Virus record (IMG/VR): IMGVR_UViG_3300025848_000181
Coordinates: 1-24,190 of that record
Direction: 5' to 3' (one strand)
DNA from: a virus
Lineage: Duplodnaviria > Caudoviricetes
Length of the DNA: 24,190 bases
In this document: positions 18,205-24,147 of the stretch, in pieces
Layout of the letters: each line of letters opens with the position of its first letter
Position numbering within the stretch: position 1 is the stretch's first letter
The notes under the pieces: generated by a model
The model's database searches: none
Told to the model about the DNA's origin: nothing
The model's input: the letters and a program-made list of their open reading frames with translations, nothing else
Position numbers and translations under genes: made by a program

Positions 18205-18467
18205 GGCTGCTCCTTCGGTTGATGCCAAGGATCGCGGCAAAGCGCCATCTCACCATTGAAGTTGGTGATGATGTAGCCCTCCTTAATGATCAGTTGCCGC
18301 AGAGTGTCAGCCTCTTTTTCTAGAGACTGAATTTCGCGCAGCAACTTCATATATCCGCTGCTCAGTCCTCTATGCGATCTGGCGACGGTCTTGATGTCCA
18401 TCTCCATTCGGGCAATGGCCTCAGCAACGTGATCCTTGCTGATGTCGGTGACGTTTACGATTGGCAC
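18201..18467 (-). CDS. Hypothetical coiled-coil protein
   Basis: 88 aa; AAGGAG RBS and GTG start. Confidence 0.6.
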   Translation of the reverse strand: MPIVNVTDISKDHVAEAIARMEMDIKTVARSHRGLSSGYMKLLREIQSLEKEADTLRQLIIKEGYIITNFNGEMALCRDPWHQPKEQP

Positions 18468-18802
18468 GGCTGCTCCTTTCGTGCGGCGTCGATGGCGGCG
18501 CGGCTACAAATGTAGGTCGCGCCATGCTTCTCAAGCCAGTCCAGCCGTTCCTTGTCGGCCCGCAGCGCGACGTTTTTTTCGGCAAGCTCATCACGCTCCT
18601 CAAGAGCCTTTCGGTACATAAAACATAGATCATCCTTAGACCAAACCGGGTCTGGCATCTCACCGGTTTTTAGCGTATCTTTTAGGCGGTCGTTCTCGCG
18701 CTCCAGTTCGCGGGCAAAATCAGCCTGCACGAACTCTTCGCCCTCGTCTGGATTGAATCCGAAAAATTGTGCTTTAGCGTCGGTTTTAGGTGTGTCACTC
18801 AC
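18455..18802 (-). CDS. Hypothetical protein (Ead/Ea22-like C-terminal motif)
   Basis: MSDTPKTDA..ADFARELERE N-terminus; LRADKERLDWLE..RAAIDAAR C-terminus; AAGGAG RBS. Confidence 0.65.
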   Translation of the reverse strand: MSDTPKTDAKAQFFGFNPDEGEEFVQADFARELERENDRLKDTLKTGEMPDPVWSKDDLCFMYRKALEERDELAEKNVALRADKERLDWLEKHGATYICSRAAIDAARKEQPCQS

Positions 18803-19056
18803 GGCTTCTCCTTTCGGTTCGCAAGTTGAAGCTGAAGCGCGGCGACCTGAGCCCGTAGGGCCTCGTTCTCCGCGAACATCAGCTCACTCTGCCGCTGGCC
18901 CTCACAGGCCCGGCCATCACAAGTTTCACACAGCCAGTCCGTGCGGGCGTTGTCCAACTGCCGTTGCAGGTCGTCCACCTGAGCCTTCAGCTCAGCCTCA
19001 CGCTTGTAGTAGGCTGTGATGGCGATCATATCCTTATGCTCGTTTAGCGGGCTCAC
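18799..19056 (-). CDS. Hypothetical coiled-coil protein
   Basis: 85 aa with CETC..C; GGAGG RBS; GTGA overlaps. Confidence 0.6.
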   Translation of the reverse strand: MSPLNEHKDMIAITAYYKREAELKAQVDDLQRQLDNARTDWLCETCDGRACEGQRQSELMFAENEALRAQVAALQLQLANRKEKP

Positions 19057-19334
19057 GGCTTCACCTCCACAACTCGCGCCGCGTTCTGCGCCGCATCTGT
19101 ATTGGGCAGGTGGGTCTGCGTAAGGGCGGCGAGTTCGGATAGCCGCTCAACAAAGCGATCCAAATCGCAGATGTGCATCGTTGAGATGTCGTCGTCCTGC
19201 GCTTCGTCAATTGGCCGATTCATTGAGCGAGTGATCTCAAGACATCCGTCCCACTTTTGGTACACCTTCCAGTAGCCATTAGGGTCTTCGGCACAGAAGT
19301 GAGTTTCGCTCTTCTCGGTGATTTTCCAGTTCAA
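19053..19334 (-). CDS. Hypothetical protein
   Basis: 93 aa; GGAGG RBS; TTG start in a TTGA overlap. Confidence 0.6.
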   Translation of the reverse strand: MNWKITEKSETHFCAEDPNGYWKVYQKWDGCLEITRSMNRPIDEAQDDDISTMHICDLDRFVERLSELAALTQTHLPNTDAAQNAARVVEVKP

Positions 19335-19519
19335 GACGCACCTCCGATCTGCTTCATCCAGTAGACGGCGCGCAGAGCGTTTTCCCGCATCATCTTCCGG
19401 GAGCCTTTCCGGAAGATGTCCCGGCTTTCAGTCTGGGCCATCAGCCGATGGGTCTCGGCACGTCCGAGGAAGTAGGCGGCGGTGGCCGCAGGGCTATACA
19501 TCGCGTTCTTAGTCTTCAT
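19331..19519 (-). CDS. Small basic hypothetical protein
   Basis: 62 aa; A/C-rich leader before the ATG. Confidence 0.55.
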   Translation of the reverse strand: MKTKNAMYSPAATAAYFLGRAETHRLMAQTESRDIFRKGSRKMMRENALRAVYWMKQIGGAS

Positions 19520-19820
19520 TGTGTGTTGGTATGTTTTGGTTTCCTACGACGGGCCTTTTGCCCGTCTGCATCCATTGAAGGCACAGCAAGTAGCCGTGCG
19601 CGTCAATCAAATTGTCGTCCTTCGGCTTATGTGCCTGCCTCCTAAGCTTTAAGGCACACATCATCAGGGGAACATCCTCTGCGGTGATGGGGCTGGTGAG
19701 CCGGGTGTTGAGGAGTCCGGTCCACATCGCGGCGATGCCGCTGAAGTCCTGATCTGGGGTGCCGTAGCTCTCGTTCCGGTCCCCGGTGATTAGCCGGATG
19801 GCTTCTTCGGCGTGGTTCAT
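19509..19820 (-). CDS. DUF6378-like protein
   Basis: EAIRLITGDRNESYGTP..F..IAAMW...DV..MM..LK..R....DNLIDAHGY pattern. Confidence 0.75.
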   Translation of the reverse strand: MNHAEEAIRLITGDRNESYGTPDQDFSGIAAMWTGLLNTRLTSPITAEDVPLMMCALKLRRQAHKPKDDNLIDAHGYLLCLQWMQTGKRPVVGNQNIPTHNED

Positions 19821-19918
19821 TCGAAGTCCTCCCGGTCAGGGCCATTCTCCGACTGAATCACAACTCCTACGACGATTCCGATAAGGAATCCGAGTCCGGT
19901 GCATATTAGTGTCATCAT
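19817..19918 (-). CDS. Tiny single-pass membrane peptide (33 aa)
   Basis: MMTLICTGLGFLIGIVVGVVIQSENGPDREDFE; A/C-rich leader; ATGA overlap with the next gene. Confidence 0.6.
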   Translation of the reverse strand: MMTLICTGLGFLIGIVVGVVIQSENGPDREDFE

Positions 19919-19938
19919 TTGTTTTGTTGGGTTTAGGT

Positions 19939-20487
19939 TTAGCTAACAGGAAAGGGGAAGCGGGTGCGCCCGCCATAAAGGTTAATCACGGTGGCGTAGC
20001 CATCGCCCTTAAGCTCAACCCGGTAGTCGTGGTATGCGTTAGGGCTAAGAGTCGGTTTCAGCCTCTGAAGCAAGGCTGCGTGCGTTTCGCCCTTATGCAG
20101 CACCCCGAGGTTCTCATCCTTGGGGAGACTATGCATATGGTGCATACCAAGGTTAGTATTATTAGTATTATCTAAGTTATGTACCTTGGTGTGCATATGG
20201 TGCATACGTAGTTCCACGCCCTTTAGGGTGAGAACGTAAGCGTTAGACCGAGCACTATTTCCCGGGTTAACCCTTATAAGCCCTTTGTCCTTTAAGGACT
20301 TAAGGGCGGCGAAGACCGACCGCACCGAGAGATTAGCCTTCTCAGCAATCGTCGCGGATGCAGGGTTGCATACGCCAGTCTGCGCGTTGCGGCAGCGCCA
20401 GAGGTAGGCGAGCACCCAGCCTTCTTGCGGGGTAAGCCCGAGGTCGAACAGCCAAGCCGGGATAAACGGCTCACGGCCAGCGCACAC
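19939..20487 (-). CDS. Helix-turn-helix replication initiator-like protein (start uncertain)
   Basis: LTPQEGWVLAYL...CNPASATIAEKANLSVRSVFAALKSLKDKGLI winged-HTH pattern; the ORF-track extension to 20769 looks non-coding. Confidence 0.75.
   Translation of the reverse strand: MCAGREPFIPAWLFDLGLTPQEGWVLAYLWRCRNAQTGVCNPASATIAEKANLSVRSVFAALKSLKDKGLIRVNPGNSARSNAYVLTLKGVELRMHHMHTKVHNLDNTNNTNLGMHHMHSLPKDENLGVLHKGETHAALLQRLKPTLSPNAYHDYRVELKGDGYATVINLYGGRTRFPFPVS
20132..20207. repeat. Origin-like element inside the initiator gene
   Basis: TGCATATGGTGCATAC at 20132-20147 and 20192-20207 flanking an AT-rich core. Confidence 0.6.
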
Positions 20488-20635
20488 ATCTGTTGAGTAG
20501 GTTGTTGTCACAAGCAAAAGGCCCGCCAAGTGTGTGCTTGACGGGCCATTGCTTGAACAACCCACCCGAGGATCAGTCGGGCGAAATGAATTTCTCAGGC
20601 ACACACCTGATAACGAGACCGTAGTAGTTAGACGG

Positions 20636-20664
20636 TTGACATCAAGCTTTAGATGTGAGATTTT
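20636..20664 (+). promoter_or_regulatory. Possible sigma70-type promoter
   Basis: TTGACA (20636) - 17 nt - GATTTT; the -10 is weak. Confidence 0.3.
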
Positions 20665-20770
20665 GCCTTTAAGCGTGCAAATACCTGAGAGCCAGCTAGA
20701 TATGTTCGAAGAAAGTCCGAAGAAGATTAAGGTTTTAAGCGGAATCCCCGCCAAGAAAGTGCCCATCACA

Positions 20771-21193
20771 CTAGCGTCTCAAATTGTGCTTCCTTCTGTC
20801 GTTAAGCCATTTACGGCTATTCGGATGAGCCCAACTGAGATCCTCATCCTTAATCAGGGATTCAACCTTTAAGGAGTATTTGGTGGATTCGCCCTTTAAG
20901 GCGTACTTTGAGTTAGGCCCGTGTCTCCAGATGTTGGCTCGGGTCTGTGGCGTGTCGGGTAGCTTGTGCCGCGCAACCCACCTGTCCGTGTAGAGGCAAA
21001 ACAGGCGGAAGCTGCCGTCTAAGCTGGATCGGTCGCTTAAGGAGGCTTTGTGGCCCCACGCTTGAACGTCAGCCACCACGGCGGGCTGGATTTGGGCCGG
21101 GCCTACGGCGGATCCGTTCTTGGCATTCAGGTCCCCGGCACTCTCCATTTGGACAATCGCGAGGAATAGGATGAGAAGTTGGGCTTCGGGCAT
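20771..21193 (-). CDS. Lysozyme-like / lytic transglycosylase-like protein
   Basis: ATG 21193; AIVQMES catalytic Glu-Ser, AVGPAQI, IWRHGP; hydrophobic N-terminus. Confidence 0.7.
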   Translation of the reverse strand: MPEAQLLILFLAIVQMESAGDLNAKNGSAVGPAQIQPAVVADVQAWGHKASLSDRSSLDGSFRLFCLYTDRWVARHKLPDTPQTRANIWRHGPNSKYALKGESTKYSLKVESLIKDEDLSWAHPNSRKWLNDRRKHNLRR

Positions 21194-21240
21194 ACCCAGT
21201 TCTTTCCGAATTGGAAAACGCAGGCAAGCCCTGTACCTGT

Positions 21241-21290
21241 GAAGAAAGTTGAAAAAAGGCATTGACCTGTACCAAGGAAACGCTTTTGCT
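21241..21290 (+). promoter_or_regulatory. Putative promoter for the two + strand genes
   Basis: A-rich UP-like tract then TTGACC at 21262; the -10 is poorly defined. Confidence 0.35.
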
Positions 21291-21321
21291 CCGTGACGTA
21301 GGGCAAAGCCCGACACCAAAA

Positions 21322-21591
21322 ATGATCAAAGAAATCGCCACCCTCCCCAACGAGCCTTACGTGCTCGTCGTTCAGCCCGACATTGCCGCCGCAGTCCTGT
21401 ATTTCGATGGCGCCACCACCCAGCAGGTGTTCGCTGGCAAGCGTTGGGACGCTCGCCATCTCGTCGCCTCGATGAAGCAGGACCCCCGCTACGCTGGCGT
21501 CCGCTTCTTCAACCAGCGGAAGGGCAAGCGGGCATTCGGTCGCCGCTTCCCCGGCACTCTGGAAGAGACCACCCACATCCTCAACCCCTAA
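21322..21591 (+). CDS. Hypothetical protein
   Basis: ATG 21322 after an A/C-rich leader; mostly C/G-ending codons. Confidence 0.7.
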   Translation: MIKEIATLPNEPYVLVVQPDIAAAVLYFDGATTQQVFAGKRWDARHLVASMKQDPRYAGVRFFNQRKGKRAFGRRFPGTLEETTHILNP

Positions 21592-21603
21592 ACACATACA
21601 CAA

Positions 21604-21780
21604 ATGATCATCGCAACCTACTCCACCGTCCAGAAGACCTTCGCCATCACCCAGCCCGACGTGGGCCGGGCGATGCTGTTTCAGGGCAACCCCTACGGAC
21701 ACAACCGCGGGAAGAACTTCAAGAACGCTGCCGAGGCTCGCCAGAAGCTGGCTGATTTGGGCTTTAAGGAGATTCGCTAA
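21604..21780 (+). CDS. Small hypothetical protein (58 aa; below the ORF-track cutoff)
   Basis: MIIATYSTVQKTFAITQPDVGRAMLFQGNPYGHNRGKNFKNAAEARQKLADLGFKEIR; leader ACACATACACAAATG. Confidence 0.7.
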   Translation: MIIATYSTVQKTFAITQPDVGRAMLFQGNPYGHNRGKNFKNAAEARQKLADLGFKEIR

Positions 21781-21804
21781 CGGATTCACCCTTTAAGGGG
21801 ATTT

Positions 21805-21843
21805 GCCCTTTAAGGCCGGATTTGGCCTTTAAGGGCATTTTTT
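21805..21843 (+). terminator. Probable intrinsic terminator
   Basis: GCCCTTTAAGGCC-GGATTT-GGCCTTTAAGGGC (13-bp stem, 1 mismatch) followed by ATTTTTT. Confidence 0.6.
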
Positions 21844-21878
21844 GTGTAATGCGGGCCCCAGTCAGGGCGATGGGATAG

Positions 21879-22040
21879 GTACAGGTATGTACAGGTATGT
21901 ACAGGTCTATACGTAGGACTACGTAGTAGAAACACCCTAGTACAGGTAATAGGGTAAACACCCTAGTCACGGATGTTACTAAGGGGAACGCCCTAGTACA
22001 GGGGTTTTCCCCTAGTACAGGGAATTGGGGAAAATTCCCC
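21879..22040. repeat. Non-coding cluster of GTACAGG / CCCTAGT repeats
   Basis: GTACAGG at 10-bp period x3, CCCTAGTACAGG x3, AAACACCCTAGT x2. Confidence 0.75.
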
Positions 22041-22188
22041 AGTTTCGGAAATCGCTAGAAATGGCCTTTCCTTGCGTTTCTAGGGGTTTTGATGTGCTAG
22101 GGCTACCGTGACACTCCCCGCGTTCCACGCGCCCCGCAAACGCGAAGGAAACGCGCAAGGCAAGGCCCGGATCGCCGCAAATAGGCGC

Positions 22189-22218
22189 AAAAAAGCCTCC
22201 CCGGTAAAAGGGAGGCTT
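22189..22218 (-). terminator. Intrinsic terminator of the early operon
   Basis: Minus strand reads AAGCCTCCC-TTTTACCG-GGGAGGCTT-TTTT, 18 nt after the last stop. Confidence 0.8.
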
Positions 22219-22236
22219 GGGTTGGCTTGGCTTGGG

Positions 22237-22329
22237 CTAACCTAGCAAGGCAAGGCCGAGGCCGTACAAAAGACAGGCCGCGCAAACGACGAGCCACAAG
22301 GCCGTGGTCACGAAATCGCCTTTTTTCAT
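22237..22329 (-). CDS. Tiny membrane peptide (30 aa)
   Basis: MKKGDFVTTALWLVVCAACLLYGLGLALLG; ATGA overlap with the upstream stop; ends just before the terminator. Confidence 0.6.
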   Translation of the reverse strand: MKKGDFVTTALWLVVCAACLLYGLGLALLG

Positions 22330-22664
22330 CCGGGGAACGGGATAAGGGTTTGTTCGCCTTCCGGGATTTCAATTTCGAAAGGCTCCCCGCAATCTACCGA
22401 AAAGCGCAAGCTTTGCACTTTCCCGATATCCGCGCCAAAAGACGCAAGCGAAGCGGTGACCGCGTCAAGGTCCGCGCCGGAAGCGAAAACAGACAAGCAA
22501 AACGGGACCTTATCCGGGACCTTCCATTTCGCCTTTGTTTCGGATAGCGTCGAGTTAAGCCTATCCCGCGCCTTGCTTGCTACTTCCGGGGAAGCGAAGC
22601 GAAGCGCAATCGATTGCGCGTATTCTCCCCAAAAATGGTGCCTTGCTTGTCCTTGCGCTTTCAA
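22326..22664 (-). CDS. Hypothetical protein
   Basis: TTG start at 22664 in a TTGA overlap, preceded by GGAGG. Confidence 0.6.
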   Translation of the reverse strand: MKAQGQARHHFWGEYAQSIALRFASPEVASKARDRLNSTLSETKAKWKVPDKVPFCLSVFASGADLDAVTASLASFGADIGKVQSLRFSVDCGEPFEIEIPEGEQTLIPFPG

Positions 22665-23344
22665 GACGCACCTCCCGCAATTGCCGAAGCCTTGCGCTTG
22701 CTTGTCCCGTGTGCGGGGAAGCCGATAATGACTGACCGTTCCCGCCGGGAACATAGCTGACAGGTTGCGCAGCTAACGTTATCCCGTTGCGTAGCGGGAC
22801 ACACTACCACCCGGCGTCCCTCGGGAGTTAAGCAATTGCGCGTCTGTTCCTGCGGGAGCACGCAAACGACAGGCCCCGCTTTAGTCCGCGCAAGCGTGTC
22901 CGCGTGTGCAAGGCTGTTAGCGGAAAGGTTAATTGTGAACCCTCGGGAGTTGGCATTTGCAATCGCTTGCAAGTTGCTGCGGGAGTTTGTCTTGTGCGTG
23001 TAAGTGAATCCCCGCTTGCCTAGGTTTGCGCGAACTAAGGCGAAAAGCTCCCGAGAGTTAATCCGCTCCCCGGGTCCGGGAAGGTCCCCGGCCTGATTAT
23101 GTCTCCAGAGCTGACCTTGGGGAAGTCCCGCAATCTCCGCGCAAAACTTACCCCAAGCCATCCCGCGCTCCCTTGCGGTGACCTTTCGCCAATGCAAGGC
23201 AAGCGGACCGCTCCCCGCGTAGCAACCCTGTCCCCGGTTAAACGGACAAGACGGAGGACAGGTTTTCGCCGAGGTAGTCGAGACAGGGATAGGTCCCGTC
23301 TTAGCATTCCCGGATTCACGGGATAGGTGAACGTATGTCTGCAT
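22661..23344 (-). CDS. Cys-rich GP88 / radical-SAM-like phage protein
   Basis: SGNAKTG, CPPSCPF....CYA, WRHNQAGD, FTYTH, INLS, CPA..SCATCQLC, IGFPAHG. Confidence 0.65.
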   Translation of the reverse strand: MQTYVHLSRESGNAKTGPIPVSTTSAKTCPPSCPFNRGQGCYAGSGPLALHWRKVTARERGMAWGKFCAEIAGLPQGQLWRHNQAGDLPGPGERINSRELFALVRANLGKRGFTYTHKTNSRSNLQAIANANSRGFTINLSANSLAHADTLARTKAGPVVCVLPQEQTRNCLTPEGRRVVVCPATQRDNVSCATCQLCSRRERSVIIGFPAHGTSKRKASAIAGGAS

Positions 23345-23377
23345 TTGTTCGTTTGTTTCTGATTAACTAACAATTGC

Positions 23378-23473
23378 TTAGAACGCATAGGCAAGGCCCA
23401 AGCCGAGCCCGGCAATAAGCAGGACATAAAGCAGGACATCAGCAAGTGTGAGGTGTTCGGTATCGTGTTTCAT
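23378..23473 (-). CDS. Tiny membrane peptide (31 aa)
   Basis: MKHDTEHLTLADVLLYVLLIAGLGLGLAYAF; ATGA overlap with the upstream stop. Confidence 0.65.
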   Translation of the reverse strand: MKHDTEHLTLADVLLYVLLIAGLGLGLAYAF

Positions 23474-23652
23474 TCTTCGCCCTCCACTTCCTCGGCTTCC
23501 TCCGCTTGCGGCCTTGAAGCTTCAAAGGCGAGCCTCGCAAGGCGCTCGCGCTCCCGCTTGGATTCAAGCCGGGACTCGTCAGCAGGAGTCCAAGGCGTTT
23601 GCCGTGATTTAGCCTCGGCGAAAGCCTCGGCGAGTGTTACTTTGGTTTGCAT
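23470..23652 (-). CDS. Small early protein with acidic tail
   Basis: ATG 23652 after AAACAAAACAAAGAA; ends QAEEAEEVEGEE. Confidence 0.65.
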   Translation of the reverse strand: MQTKVTLAEAFAEAKSRQTPWTPADESRLESKRERERLARLAFEASRPQAEEAEEVEGEE

Positions 23653-23694
23653 TTCTTTGTTTTGTTTCGGCTCGGGTATCCCAAGCGCGCCGAC

Positions 23695-23724
23695 AAGATA
23701 CCAGAAGCGAGCGCGTAAATGCAA
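23695..23724 (-). promoter_or_regulatory. Sigma70-type promoter of the early operon
   Basis: TTGCAT - 18 nt - TATCTT with extended TG; 42 nt before the first ATG. Confidence 0.6.
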
Positions 23725-24060
23725 TAAGTAGTAACACGTATCTGAAAGGGACTAGCTCCCCGCAAACCGAATCCCCGCAACCCAAACCTCCAAAGGCCCT
23801 ATTCCCTCAAAGCAAAGGGACGGGAAAGGGACCGTAAGAGAGAACACCCAAGGTCAGGGTCGAGGTACGGGTCACGGTCAGGGGCAGGCAAGGGCATGGG
23901 CGCAATCCTTTCACCCCTTAAAGCCTCGCCTCGCCCGCGCAGGGGTTGCTACTCCCACTTGTGCTCAGGGTGTTCCCCCTAGTTCTATCCCTAGGGTGAT
24001 CACCTCATCCCAATTGGGGGGGGAGGGGTCGGGGCCGGGGGGTGGTGGGTAAATTGGGAT

Positions 24061-24147
24061 TGCTCCACTAAGCCCTTTTAAAAAATTCCCAAGATGTCGC
24101 CCTATGCTCCACTCACCCCTTTTAAAAAATTTCCAATATGTCCCCTA
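24061..24147. repeat. Imperfect 44-bp tandem repeat
   Basis: TGCTCCACT..CCCTTTTAAAAAATT.CCAA.ATGTC.CCCTA at 24061-24104 and 24105-24147 (4 mismatches, 1 indel). Confidence 0.85.

Larger units (their letters stand above)
20658..21834 (+). repeat. Dispersed 17-bp motif GGATTYRNCCTTTAAGG, 7 copies
   Basis: Copies start at 20658, 20858, 20885, 21753, 21782, 21799 and 21818. Confidence 0.75.

Noticed and set aside
20490-20769. N-terminal extension of the HTH gene in the ORF track
   Set aside because: No protein-like features; overlaps promoter-like and motif sequences; the HTH pattern starts after 20487.
21127-21789. 220-aa minus-strand ORF
   Set aside because: Antisense to two + strand genes that have their own leaders and a terminator.
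21764-21970. 68-aa minus-strand ORF
   Set aside because: Runs through the repeat cluster; the peptide merely mirrors the DNA repeats.
21753-22040. Possible CRISPR or mini-array
   Set aside because: Units are 7-17 bp, degenerate, abutting or irregularly spaced, with no spacer-sized unique intervals and no cas genes.
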